From IMG/VR virus record IMGVR_UViG_3300027759_003534, positions 64,001-128,000 of that record: a stretch of DNA of 64,000 nt; one strand, 5' to 3'. Of the stretch, positions 23,174 through 33,195 are shown piece after piece; the stretch's first letter is position 1, and every line of letters starts with the position of its first letter. Both the position numbers and the translations under genes were made by a program. The DNA comes from a virus. Under the pieces are notes generated by a model. The model saw nothing but the letters and a program-made list of their open reading frames with translations, did no database searches and was not told where the DNA came from.

Positions 23174-26116
23174 ATGGCAAATTATACCGTACCGCCAATA
23201 ATAGGTACCCTTAGATTAAACAACGGACGAGTTGCCACTTTTTATGAATCTCAGCGTGATCAATACGAACGGTCATTGGCCTCAGGAGCAACCCCTGTAG
23301 ATCCGCCGCCAGCAGATACCACAACTGTTGACGGAAAGGAAGTTTCAACTACTGCAAATGTACCGCCGCTTGCTAATACAGTAACAACCAGCGAAAGCCA
23401 AGCTACCCCACAACCCGCAACTCCGCCAACTCAGCCCGGGCCAACTAGTGCCAACGACGATGGCCCTACCCAAGCTCCTACATCAGGCGGAGCTGGATCG
23501 GGCACTAGTTCCAGCTCTGCTGACAGTGTTCGGCCAGACGATAATCCCGGATCATCAGTCAGCACCAAAAACGCCACAGTTACTGCGGTTGATAACTTGT
23601 TTGGCGAAGGCTCAATTGTGCCACAGGCCAACGTGCTTGATCAGTATGCCAGTTACACTTATCAAGCATCAGTATATTTAATGAAGCCCGAAACATTTCA
23701 ACAGATGGTCAAAAGTAGAAAAAAAACACTAAATGGTACTCAGTTGTTATTTCAAAGTGGTGGTGCCCCAGTCGGTGGCCGTAATCCTTATTTTAGTGAC
23801 GATTATTACATTGATAAAATTGAACTCAAATCCACACTGCAAGGCAAAGGAACAAATGCCGCACACAATGTAAGCACTATTAAGATGACCTTGATTGAAC
23901 CAAATGGAATTACTTTGCTTTCTAATCTTGACCGGGCTGTAGAACAGTATTTAGGTGCTGCAAGTAAAAAACAAAACTATGCTTCGCCATTATATTTGTT
24001 GGTTATTAAATTTTTTGGATATGATGCAAACGGGAACTTGGTGCAAGCGGGTCAAGCAAACGGCACCACAAACCCAATTGGCAATGTTCCTGGAATATCT
24101 GGCGCTGTTGTTCCGTCTACTGGTGCAGCATTTGTGGAGAAATACTATCCCATGGCCATTAGTAAACTTACTTTTAAAGTGGCCAATAAATTAGTTGAAT
24201 ACGAAATTCTAGCCACAGCACCTCAATATCAAATTGGTGTAGGGCAAAGTCGCGGCACCATTCCTTATAACGTAGAATTAAGCGGCATGTCAGTAAAAGA
24301 AGCATTGGCAGGCAGTGCCGAAGTTGGCACATCAACAGCAACAGCAACAAGAACAAAACAGTTGACCGAAGAAGAAAGGCAAGAACAAGACGGTAATGGA
24401 AAAAGTCCGCCATCTGCACCACCCACTGCTGCATCTGCACCAAGTCCAAAATTGACCATACGCAAAGGATTGATGGAAGCATTGAATCAGTATCAAAAAG
24501 ATTTAGTTGATCAAAAAATTTACACTGTAGCCGACCAGTACAGCATAGAATTTACCGACTCTGTTCTTGAACAAGCAAAGATTACTGTGCCCGGAACTGA
24601 TTTTAAAAATACAAGTCCACAAATAGCAAAAACTGCCGGGGATCAAATCCTTAAAGAAAAACAAGCAGTAGATCCTAACAGTAGAATTCTTACAATAACA
24701 GCAGGCCAACAAATTGTTCAAGTCATTGACCAGGCCATGCGTAACAGCAGTTATATACGATCCCAACAAACAGCAGAAGTGATAGAAAATACACAAAAAC
24801 AAAAAATCAATGGGAGCCCTGGAAAAAATGTAGCTTGGTTTAAAATTAATTTAGAGTGTGTGCCTATTAAATGGGACCCAAAACGCAATGACTATGCCTA
24901 TAAAGTAAAATATATTATAAGTCCTTATCGAATCTTTACGACCAACAGCAACTACTTTACAACTCCAATCTACAGAGGAGCACAAAAACAATATAACTAC
25001 TGGTTTACAGGACAAAATACCCAGGTACTCAGTTATGAACAAACTTATAACTCCTTGTATAACTATGTGCTGTCTGGCGGAAATACTGATGTAGCAAAGA
25101 CTACAACCGCCAAGCTCACCCATCAACCACGCAGTGGTCAGTCCAGTCAGGGTGCTGATCTTAGAACCAACGAACCTGCGGCAAACTTAGCTGATTCATT
25201 GTATAATCCAGCAGACTTAGGCACAGCCAATTTGACCATTGTAGGCGACCCTGCATGGCTACAACAAGGTGAAGCATCGTTTTCTGCACCTGGTAAAGAT
25301 AGTTTTATTGCTGGCGCATTTTTACCAGATGGCACAATTAATTTTGATAGCCAACAAATACTGTTTGAAATTGTAATCAACACTCCTACTGACTATGATT
25401 TACGCACAGGACTTATGGATGTTAATAACAGAAGTGTTGGTCAAAATAATATTCAGGCAAAACCACTTAACGAAAGTTATGTATACATTGCCAATACATG
25501 TACAAGTGAATTTAACAAAGGCAAATTTACACAGAATCTTAAAGGTACGTTGTTACAACGTACAACACCAAAATCAGCTGCTAGTGATGGTCGCTCGTCT
25601 GCTAATACAAATAGAAATATTGCAGGAACTCTGCCTAGTCGTACCACAAATGCACCAGGTACTGGGTTTGGTGACGAAGAAGAAACGTACACTGCTGATA
25701 GTAAAGGTAATACATTTAAAGATGGAACCTTATACCGTGCAGCCGAAGTTGAGGAGTTCCCAGAAAATCAACCGCCGGCATCTCCACAACCAGCACCACC
25801 GCCGGGAGACCCAACCTCTAGTGGAGATATTGACTTCAATGCTGGACTTGCAGGCAGTGGCGAATCAGTAGCAGCGCCGCCTAATGCCAGTGACGCACCT
25901 GCCAATAATAATAATATTGACGACCAAGCGTCCAAAGCTATTAAAAATCAGGCCGCAGCAGATGCTGCAACTGCGTCTGGAGATTTATATGCAGCTGCCT
26001 ACTATAATAACATAGCAAAAAACAACAGAGAAAATGCAGCCGCAAATGCTCGCAGTGCTGCCAAATATGGAGTAGTAACTACTCCACCACAACAAATAGC
26101 AAGGGATGATGCATAA
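23174..26116 (+). CDS. Baseplate hub protein (gp27/VgrG-N-like), 980 aa with disordered Pro/Ser/Thr-rich ends
   Basis: Lies between the LysM wedge and the spike gene; LTIVGDPAWLQQ...INFD...F.QNL resembles hub C-termini. Confidence 0.55.
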   Translation: MANYTVPPIIGTLRLNNGRVATFYESQRDQYERSLASGATPVDPPPADTTTVDGKEVSTTANVPPLANTVTTSESQATPQPATPPTQPGPTSANDDGPTQAPTSGGAGSGTSSSSADSVRPDDNPGSSVSTKNATVTAVDNLFGEGSIVPQANVLDQYASYTYQASVYLMKPETFQQMVKSRKKTLNGTQLLFQSGGAPVGGRNPYFSDDYYIDKIELKSTLQGKGTNAAHNVSTIKMTLIEPNGITLLSNLDRAVEQYLGAASKKQNYASPLYLLVIKFFGYDANGNLVQAGQANGTTNPIGNVPGISGAVVPSTGAAFVEKYYPMAISKLTFKVANKLVEYEILATAPQYQIGVGQSRGTIPYNVELSGMSVKEALAGSAEVGTSTATATRTKQLTEEERQEQDGNGKSPPSAPPTAASAPSPKLTIRKGLMEALNQYQKDLVDQKIYTVADQYSIEFTDSVLEQAKITVPGTDFKNTSPQIAKTAGDQILKEKQAVDPNSRILTITAGQQIVQVIDQAMRNSSYIRSQQTAEVIENTQKQKINGSPGKNVAWFKINLECVPIKWDPKRNDYAYKVKYIISPYRIFTTNSNYFTTPIYRGAQKQYNYWFTGQNTQVLSYEQTYNSLYNYVLSGGNTDVAKTTTAKLTHQPRSGQSSQGADLRTNEPAANLADSLYNPADLGTANLTIVGDPAWLQQGEASFSAPGKDSFIAGAFLPDGTINFDSQQILFEIVINTPTDYDLRTGLMDVNNRSVGQNNIQAKPLNESYVYIANTCTSEFNKGKFTQNLKGTLLQRTTPKSAASDGRSSANTNRNIAGTLPSRTTNAPGTGFGDEEETYTADSKGNTFKDGTLYRAAEVEEFPENQPPASPQPAPPPGDPTSSGDIDFNAGLAGSGESVAAPPNASDAPANNNNIDDQASKAIKNQAAADAATASGDLYAAAYYNNIAKNNRENAAANARSAAKYGVVTTPPQQIARDDA

Positions 26117-27630
26117 TGGCAGAAAACGTACAACGCAGTAAAGGCCGGCCCGAGGGATATAAATTTGACCGTGGCGGGCAACCAGCGGAAATGGGTCCAT
26201 ATATCGGCATTGTCGTCAACAATGTTGATAACACCCGTAGCGGCCGATTACAAGTTTACATTGAAGAATTTGGAGCAATTACAAAAACTGGCTCACCTAA
26301 CCTCGCTGATAAAAGTTTATGGAGAACCGTAAGTTATTGTCCTCCATACTATGGAGCAACCCCACAGTCTGGTACCAGTGCCGGTTCAGGAAAATATCCA
26401 GGAAACACCAATAGTTATGGTATGTGGTTCACACCACCAGACTTGGGTGTTAGTGTATTGTGTTTCTTTGTAGGCGGCGATCCTAAACAAGGTTATTATG
26501 TTGGTTGTGTGCCAAATCAAGGTGCCAATCAAATGATTCCAGCTATTGGTGCTGTTAAGAATTTTCAAACGAATAATGCTAGTCAAAAAAAATATTTTGC
26601 CGATGCAACACAATTGCCTGTTACGGAGATCAATACTAAAAATGCAGCAATTGAAAGTAATCCTAAATTTTTTGATCAGCCTAAACCTGTACAAAGTTAC
26701 GTAGCAGGTATAATGTTTCAACAAGGATTAATAACTGACAATGTACGAGGGCCAATTGCAAGTTCAAGTCAACGTGAAAGTCCTAGTAATTGTTACGGTA
26801 TTAGTACTCCGGGCCGCGCCATTTATCAAGGCGGTTTAAGTGACAAAACGATCCAACAACAGGTTCAGTCGGGCGGAGTTAAACTAGAAGAGATTAACAT
26901 CATTGGACGTCGTGGGGGTCATACTCTGGTCATGGACGACGGAGACTTATCGGGCAAAGACAACCTAGTTAGAATACGTACAGCTAAAGGTCATCAGATT
27001 ACTATGAGTGACGATGGTGATTGTTTTTATATCTGCCACGCCAATGGACAAGCCTGGATTGAAATGGGGCAAGAAGGCACGTTGGATGTGTACACATCCA
27101 ACAGTGTAAATTTACGCACACAAGGCACTATAAATTTACATGCCGACGAGGACATTAATATGTTTGCAGGCGGTAAGATCAACATGAAAAGCAACAAAGG
27201 TACTACCATGCAAAGTAATACCGATATGAGTATATCAAACAAGGGCCAATTGACCTTGTTTAGTCAGGGCTCTGTTGGTATTAAAAGTGCCGGAACAGTG
27301 GCTATAAGCAGTCAGCTGGGCAGCTGGGCCGCAAGTTCTGAACTGAGTCTTAACGGCAGTAAAATACAACTCAACGGTGGGCCAAAGGCCGAAGTTGAGA
27401 CTCCTGCCGGGCTAACCACATACCTACATCCAAAGGTTGAATTTGATGCTAGTGTTGGCTGGTTAGCCATTCCGTCTGCTGAGGAAAGTATAGTAAGTCG
27501 TGCTCCTACACATGAACCATATCCTTATCATAATAAAGGTGTAAGTGTGTCAGTTAAATTTAGTGGATCCCCAAGTCCTCCGCCCGATGCTCCAGATGTT
27601 CCAGCAGACAACACAATTACAGCAGAATGA
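26116..27630 (+). CDS. gp5: Baseplate central spike, gp5/VgrG-like (OB-fold plus beta-helix, no internal lysozyme)
   Basis: GPYIGIVVNNVDNTRSGRLQVYI, YGMWFTPPDLGVSVLCFF, RRGGHTLVMDD, RIRTAKGHQI and beta-helix repeats. Confidence 0.8.
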   Translation: MAENVQRSKGRPEGYKFDRGGQPAEMGPYIGIVVNNVDNTRSGRLQVYIEEFGAITKTGSPNLADKSLWRTVSYCPPYYGATPQSGTSAGSGKYPGNTNSYGMWFTPPDLGVSVLCFFVGGDPKQGYYVGCVPNQGANQMIPAIGAVKNFQTNNASQKKYFADATQLPVTEINTKNAAIESNPKFFDQPKPVQSYVAGIMFQQGLITDNVRGPIASSSQRESPSNCYGISTPGRAIYQGGLSDKTIQQQVQSGGVKLEEINIIGRRGGHTLVMDDGDLSGKDNLVRIRTAKGHQITMSDDGDCFYICHANGQAWIEMGQEGTLDVYTSNSVNLRTQGTINLHADEDINMFAGGKINMKSNKGTTMQSNTDMSISNKGQLTLFSQGSVGIKSAGTVAISSQLGSWAASSELSLNGSKIQLNGGPKAEVETPAGLTTYLHPKVEFDASVGWLAIPSAEESIVSRAPTHEPYPYHNKGVSVSVKFSGSPSPPPDAPDVPADNTITAE

Positions 27631-29324
27631 GCCAATTTAAATATACACTTCCGTCTGGCGCAACATTTACCTTGGAGGCCCCAGCTGGCACTACCCAGGA
27701 TCAGGCTGACTATACATTTTATAGTCAAGTGGCTGCAGGCGCACTAGTAGGATTCCTTCCAGGGCAAAGCATTAGCGGAACTACCTCGTCTTTGGCCAAG
27801 TTTGAACTCAGTCGCTTAGATCGTGGCACCGCTGGTGTAGACGACACAGTAATCCTTGCTATTATCAATGGATTGCCTACAATTAATACCACAACAGGTG
27901 CAATTCCATCGTTAGTTAACACGCCATTAACTAATCCTGTGACGCAGGCCAATATAGCGGCAATTGCAGGCACTGGATTTACTGCACCAGCAATAGGGTC
28001 GTTGACCTCTACACAAATTCAAACACTCATGGCTCAAGTGGTTAACACAGTAGATCAACCAGCTACAACAATAACTAACACTAGAGGAGCTGGCAAATAC
28101 GGACTTAGTTGTCAACAGTTAGAAAACGCTGGGTATGTGAAACCAGGAACATGGCAACAGTTTATACAAAACGGTCCTAGTACAGAAGTTGAGGTGCTTA
28201 ATGCTCCGGCTATCTGGACAGGATTAAACGGGATTTATTCACTTGACGAGTTTCTTAATAGTCCTGCAACTCAAAATAACGCTCAAGCAAGATTAATGCA
28301 AAACGGGTATGAAAGTTTACAAGCCACTGGCGTGATAACAACCCCGGCGGCCCAATCTGTTTCAGCTGTGGTAGGCACGGTCTATACTGGAAGCAATGTG
28401 GCCTTGACAACAGCAACAACAACAATCACCAACGATGTAAACGGTCAAGTAGCAGCATTAATTACAAATTCTAGCCAATATGGAACTGCGCTCACAGCAC
28501 AATGGGCCAGCGACTTGCCTCCTGTGACTAATCTTACTTCTAATCTGGTTGGCATACAGGGACTGTTGCCAACTGTGGACGGGCTACCCGGATTAGGATC
28601 ACTTACTTCTGGAATAACTCCCAATTTAATGTCAGTAAAAACAGCCATGGATACTTTAGGCAAAGCTTCACAATTTGCTGCTACAGCTTCTAGTACGCTA
28701 ACCAGTGGACTAACATCTTTATCCAATCTTAGCGTTGGCGGATTGAGTGACAAATTATCTAATCTTAGCGTCAGTGGGTTAGCAGACAAATTAGGAGGAT
28801 CAGCTACAGCATTAGCAGGGCAGATACAAGGTCAGATAGTAGGACAGGCCAACGCCTTGGTTGGTCAAGTACAAGGACAGGCTAATGCGTTAATAGGACA
28901 GGCACAGGCACAGGCTAATGCGTTGATTGCACAAGCACAAAGTCAGGTTAACTCGTTGATTGCACAAGGACAAGGTCTCGTTGCAGGTGTAGAAAAAGCT
29001 GCAGGATTTGCTAATACTGTAAATCGTGCTACAGTTGACACAGCATTTACAAAAATACTTGGCAGTTCTAAAATATCTGTTCCTAGTTTTGGAGCGGACT
29101 TGCCTAGCTCAGCTAGCATTGGAGCTGCCCTTGACATCAGTAAAGCTCAAGCTGTATTAACAAATTTGCAAGGACAAGGAACGGCCCTACTTAATCAAGC
29201 ACAAGGCCTGGCTAGCCAAGCTCAGAGACTGGCTAGCCAAGCTCAGGGACTGGCTAACCAAGCCCGAGGACAGGCCAATAACTTGCTAGCCAGCGCCAGA
29301 ACCAGTGTAAATCAGATAGTTTAA
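27627..29324 (+). CDS. Spike-associated protein with a putative lysozyme-like domain and C-terminal Q/A/G helical repeats
   Basis: GAGKYGL..QQLE..GYVKPG...WTG..G..SL..FL.....Q (lysozyme-like, by pattern); tandem repeats listed separately. Confidence 0.5.
   Translation: MSQFKYTLPSGATFTLEAPAGTTQDQADYTFYSQVAAGALVGFLPGQSISGTTSSLAKFELSRLDRGTAGVDDTVILAIINGLPTINTTTGAIPSLVNTPLTNPVTQANIAAIAGTGFTAPAIGSLTSTQIQTLMAQVVNTVDQPATTITNTRGAGKYGLSCQQLENAGYVKPGTWQQFIQNGPSTEVEVLNAPAIWTGLNGIYSLDEFLNSPATQNNAQARLMQNGYESLQATGVITTPAAQSVSAVVGTVYTGSNVALTTATTTITNDVNGQVAALITNSSQYGTALTAQWASDLPPVTNLTSNLVGIQGLLPTVDGLPGLGSLTSGITPNLMSVKTAMDTLGKASQFAATASSTLTSGLTSLSNLSVGGLSDKLSNLSVSGLADKLGGSATALAGQIQGQIVGQANALVGQVQGQANALIGQAQAQANALIAQAQSQVNSLIAQGQGLVAGVEKAAGFANTVNRATVDTAFTKILGSSKISVPSFGADLPSSASIGAALDISKAQAVLTNLQGQGTALLNQAQGLASQAQRLASQAQGLANQARGQANNLLASARTSVNQIV
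28842..28973 (+). repeat. In-frame 33-nt tandem repeat x4 (GQANALxxQxQ)
   Basis: GQANALVGQVQ / GQANALIGQAQ / AQANALIAQAQ / SQVNSLIAQGQ. Confidence 0.9.
29199..29282 (+). repeat. In-frame 21-nt tandem repeat x4 (AQGLASQ)
   Basis: GCACAAGGCCTGGCTAGCCAA / GCTCAGAGACTGGCTAGCCAA / GCTCAGGGACTGGCTAACCAA / GCCCGAGGACAGGCCAATAAC. Confidence 0.9.
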
Positions 29325-29329
29325 TAGAG

Positions 29330-29335
29330 TAAATA
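29330..29335 (+). promoter_or_regulatory. Late promoter TAAATA, leaderless arrangement
   Basis: TAAATA-CAAC-ATG(29340). Confidence 0.65.
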
Positions 29336-29339
29336 CAAC

Positions 29340-29714
29340 ATGCCCACATTTATTGGATTCAACACTATAGGTCAAAACAAAAAGTTCACAGCCGTGGATT
29401 TTGATCTAATCAAAATTGACCTGCTTAATGCCTTTAACATACGCCAAGGCGAGTTAGTGGGACGTCCTGGCTACGGCACTGTAATCTGGAATTACCTGTT
29501 TGAAAATCAAACTCCAGAAACACAGTCAGCAATCTACACAGAAATCCAGCGGGTATGTGCCGGAGATCCTAGAGTGTTTATCAGTGGCATACAAGTATTT
29601 CCTCAACAAAACGGCATCTTAATACAACTAGGCCTAGCTGTAGTACCTAGTACTACAGCACAGCAAGTAAGTCTGTTTTTTGATCAACAACAACGCACGG
29701 CCACCTACGTTTAA
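29340..29714 (+). CDS. gp25: Baseplate wedge/sheath initiator, gp25-like
   Basis: LIKIDLLNAFNIRQGELVGRPGYGTVIWNYLFE...DPRV (GPW/gp25 pattern). Confidence 0.9.
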   Translation: MPTFIGFNTIGQNKKFTAVDFDLIKIDLLNAFNIRQGELVGRPGYGTVIWNYLFENQTPETQSAIYTEIQRVCAGDPRVFISGIQVFPQQNGILIQLGLAVVPSTTAQQVSLFFDQQQRTATYV

Positions 29715-29735
29715 CTACCCAGATTATTAGTTCCA

Positions 29736-29741
29736 TAAATA
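29736..29741 (+). promoter_or_regulatory. Late promoter TAAATA
   Basis: 19 nt upstream of ATG 29761. Confidence 0.65.
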
Positions 29742-29760
29742 CTTTAACATTGGAATAACT

Positions 29761-32700
29761 ATGGCCACAACCTCAAGACAAACTGTGATATTTGGCGTTG
29801 AAGATTGGAAACGAATCTTTCAAACCTACCGCGAAGCTGATTTTCAAAGCTATGATTTTGAAACCCTACGCAAGAGTTTTGTAGATTATTTGCGCCTTTA
29901 CTATCCAGAAACATTTAACGATTACATTGAGTCAAGTGAGTTTATTGCCCTGCTTGATGTCATGGCTTTCATGGGTCAAAGTCTGGCATTTCGCACAGAT
30001 TTAAACACTAGAGAAAACTATCTAGACACAGCAGAACGTAGAGACAGTGTTGTTAAACTTGCAAATTTAGTCAGCTATACACCCAAACGTAACACCGAAG
30101 CAAGCGGATACCTCAAAGTATTTTCTATCTCAACCACAGAAAATCTCACCGACTACAACGGCATTAATCTAGCCAACCTTACAGTCAACTGGGCTGACCC
30201 AACCAACCTTGATTGGCAAGAACAGTTTATTACAATTATCAACGCCAGCCTGACCAATGCACAAAAATTTGGAAATCCTGGCAATCGTCAAACACTTTTA
30301 GGCGTAGACACACAAGAATATACCATTAACTTAGTGCCTGGGTTCTTGCCAGTGATTCCATACACTGCTACAGTAGACACAGTAAATATGCCATTCGAAG
30401 TGGTTAATGCTACATCTATTGGTGCAGATTTTGTGTATGAACCTCCTCCGTTGCCCAATGGACAATTCAATGTATTGTTTCGCAACGATCAACAAGGATT
30501 CCTTAGCAACAACACAGGATTTTTCTTCTTATTCAAGCAAGGCGTACTACAGAATCAAGATTTTAATTTGCCCGAGCGAATTGACAATCGTGCAGTGGCT
30601 ATCAATATTGAAGGCATCAACAACACCGACATTTGGTTGTATCAATTAGACAACTTGGGTAATGTTGCAGGTTTTTGGGAACGAGTGCAAAGTGTGTATG
30701 CGGCTGCAGTAGAACAACTGGCACCCGGCACAAGAGATATCTATAGCGTGAGCAGTAGAACCAATGACCAGATCACTTTAAACTTTGGTGATGGTATATT
30801 TGCTACTATACCAGTTGGCACTTTCCGTACCTATGTTCGCGCCAGCAACGGTCTGACTTACATTATTAACCCTGTGGAAATGCAAAGCGTTAGTGTGCCT
30901 ATCAGCTACGTAAGCCGTACAGGACAAATTGAAACACTGACATTTACCTGTGGTATTACCGAGCCGGTGACAAATGCTCAAGCACGTGAAACTATTCAAG
31001 AGATCAAGCAACGTGCCCCGGCTCAGTACTACACACAAAACCGTATGGTCAACGGCGAAGACTATACAAACTTTCCGTTTACCCAATACAACAGCATTCT
31101 CAAAAGTTCAGCTATTAATCGCGCCAGCATTGGCACCAGCCGCTATCTTGACCTAGTAGACGGCACAGGAAAATATTCCAGCACCAACATATTTGCCAGT
31201 GATGGTGCCTTGTATGAATCTAATAATTTATACGCTTTTCAGTTCAGTTGGTTGACTAGCAATGACATTAGTGATGCTGTAGTTAATCAGATTAATCCCT
31301 TGGCACTAAGAGCAGGCCTACAACAATTTTACTACGCTAATTTTCCACGCCCTAATCTAGCTGTGTTGAATTACACTTGGCATCAAAGTACTTCAATTAC
31401 CAACGAAACCACAGGCTATTTTGAAAATGCACTAGGCAATCCAGTATCTATTGGGGTCTTTGCTAGCAACAGTGGCAAGTACATTACTGAAGGCAGTTTA
31501 GTTGAATTTGCAGCACCCACAGGATATTATTTTAATGCTAGCAATCAATTAGTAGTTGGAGCCCCTACACAGCCAGACGAAAAACTCACAATCTGGGCTA
31601 GCCCTACCGCAGTATATCTAGCAGGAACAGCACAAGGCCTGGGTAATTTACCATCAGGTGTTGGTCCAGTGGTGTTGAATAATTTTGTACCCACAGGAGC
31701 AATTCCTGTGCAAGTGATTCCAGTATTCACCACAGATATTCCTACTAGTGTGCAACAGACCGTGGTTGCACAAATTGCATTAAATCAGAATTTTGGTTTA
31801 GGATATAATAATCTCACTAACACTTGGTATGTGATCACTTCCAGCAATCTTGACGTAGATGCAAACTGGAGCCAATCCAATGCACAAAGCACCGCAGGTA
31901 CCAATAGTGATGCCAGTTGGTTAATACAGGCCACCTACAGTGGGGCAACCTACACTGTGGGTTCAAGAAGCTTGGAATATTATTTTGGCAGCGTGTTGCA
32001 AACTAGATTTTTCTTTTACACCAGCGATCCTATTTACGACAGCAGAACTGGCACAGTAATACGCGATTATATCAATGTACTTAAGGTTAATAGCCAACCA
32101 GATAGTTCGGCTCCAATGGGCGCAGATAATGTGTTGACCATTATTGATCAACCTGTGCTTAGTGATGGACTAGTTGACGACTTCCAAGTTGTAGTTAGTT
32201 TTGATAGATCTGGCGGAGACCTAGCACCGGTCAATCCAGATTTCTTTGACGAAATTGTAGCACCCACAATAGATCCTACCCAGAAATTAGTGTTCTTCCA
32301 AGCCACTGTGGACTTTGATAATTTACAACGCTACTTGTTAATTGAAGCAGGCATAGTCAACAGTGAATATGCAACTCTAGCAGACATTCAAGTAGTTCAA
32401 ACACAGTATGTGACCGGCCAGGTATTTTATGCTTATAATCCCACTAGCGCTGCCACAGTTAATTATAATGCTGGAACATTTTACATCTTAGGAGTAGACA
32501 GTTTAGGTAATCCTACACTAACTGTAACCTATAATTACATTGCTCGTGTAGGCCGTCAAGACTTGTACTTTCAGTATCGTCACAACAGCCCGTTGACCAG
32601 CAGAATTGATCCTGGCTCCACCAACATCATTGATGTATACGTGGTCACTAATGCTTATTACACTGCCTATATCAATTGGTTGCAAGATACTACTGGCACT

Positions 32701-33195
32701 GTTACAGAGCCACAAGCTCCAACTATAGATGAGTTAAATACTGCTTACCAGGGCCTACAAAATTACAAAATGATATCTGACAACATGATTCTCAACACCG
32801 TAGACTTTCAACCGTTGTTCGGTCAAAAGGCAGAGCCAGCGTTAAGAGCCACAATTAAAGTCATCCGAGCATACGGTAGCACTGCTAGTGTTAGTACTAT
32901 TAAAAATTTAGTAGTGTCTAACATGAATGCGTATTTTAATCTTGACACTTGGAACTTTGGTGATACTTTCTATTTTAGTGAACTTGCAGCCTATATTCAT
33001 CAAAACATTGCTGACGTTGTTAGTAGTGTAGTTTTAGTTCCGCTAGACACACAAAAAAGCTTTGGTGACCTATATGAGATTAGGTCAGCACCTAACCAAA
33101 TTTTTGTTAACGGAGCCACAGTGAACGACGTGGAAGTTATCACTGCCTTGACCAGTACTAATCTACAGACTGCTCCAGGCAGTGGAGTAATTTGA
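29761..33195 (+). CDS. gp6: Baseplate wedge protein, gp6-like (1144 aa)
   Basis: DFETLRKSFVDYLR...FNDYIESSE...NYLDTAERRDSVVKLA, FGDG, ETIQEIKQRAP..Y.TQNRMV..EDY. Confidence 0.88.
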   Translation: MATTSRQTVIFGVEDWKRIFQTYREADFQSYDFETLRKSFVDYLRLYYPETFNDYIESSEFIALLDVMAFMGQSLAFRTDLNTRENYLDTAERRDSVVKLANLVSYTPKRNTEASGYLKVFSISTTENLTDYNGINLANLTVNWADPTNLDWQEQFITIINASLTNAQKFGNPGNRQTLLGVDTQEYTINLVPGFLPVIPYTATVDTVNMPFEVVNATSIGADFVYEPPPLPNGQFNVLFRNDQQGFLSNNTGFFFLFKQGVLQNQDFNLPERIDNRAVAINIEGINNTDIWLYQLDNLGNVAGFWERVQSVYAAAVEQLAPGTRDIYSVSSRTNDQITLNFGDGIFATIPVGTFRTYVRASNGLTYIINPVEMQSVSVPISYVSRTGQIETLTFTCGITEPVTNAQARETIQEIKQRAPAQYYTQNRMVNGEDYTNFPFTQYNSILKSSAINRASIGTSRYLDLVDGTGKYSSTNIFASDGALYESNNLYAFQFSWLTSNDISDAVVNQINPLALRAGLQQFYYANFPRPNLAVLNYTWHQSTSITNETTGYFENALGNPVSIGVFASNSGKYITEGSLVEFAAPTGYYFNASNQLVVGAPTQPDEKLTIWASPTAVYLAGTAQGLGNLPSGVGPVVLNNFVPTGAIPVQVIPVFTTDIPTSVQQTVVAQIALNQNFGLGYNNLTNTWYVITSSNLDVDANWSQSNAQSTAGTNSDASWLIQATYSGATYTVGSRSLEYYFGSVLQTRFFFYTSDPIYDSRTGTVIRDYINVLKVNSQPDSSAPMGADNVLTIIDQPVLSDGLVDDFQVVVSFDRSGGDLAPVNPDFFDEIVAPTIDPTQKLVFFQATVDFDNLQRYLLIEAGIVNSEYATLADIQVVQTQYVTGQVFYAYNPTSAATVNYNAGTFYILGVDSLGNPTLTVTYNYIARVGRQDLYFQYRHNSPLTSRIDPGSTNIIDVYVVTNAYYTAYINWLQDTTGTVTEPQAPTIDELNTAYQGLQNYKMISDNMILNTVDFQPLFGQKAEPALRATIKVIRAYGSTASVSTIKNLVVSNMNAYFNLDTWNFGDTFYFSELAAYIHQNIADVVSSVVLVPLDTQKSFGDLYEIRSAPNQIFVNGATVNDVEVITALTSTNLQTAPGSGVI

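Noticed and set aside
28842-29282. Tandem repeats as a CRISPR array or non-coding VNTR
   Set aside because: They are in frame, have no spacers, and vary mostly at synonymous positions inside a CDS.
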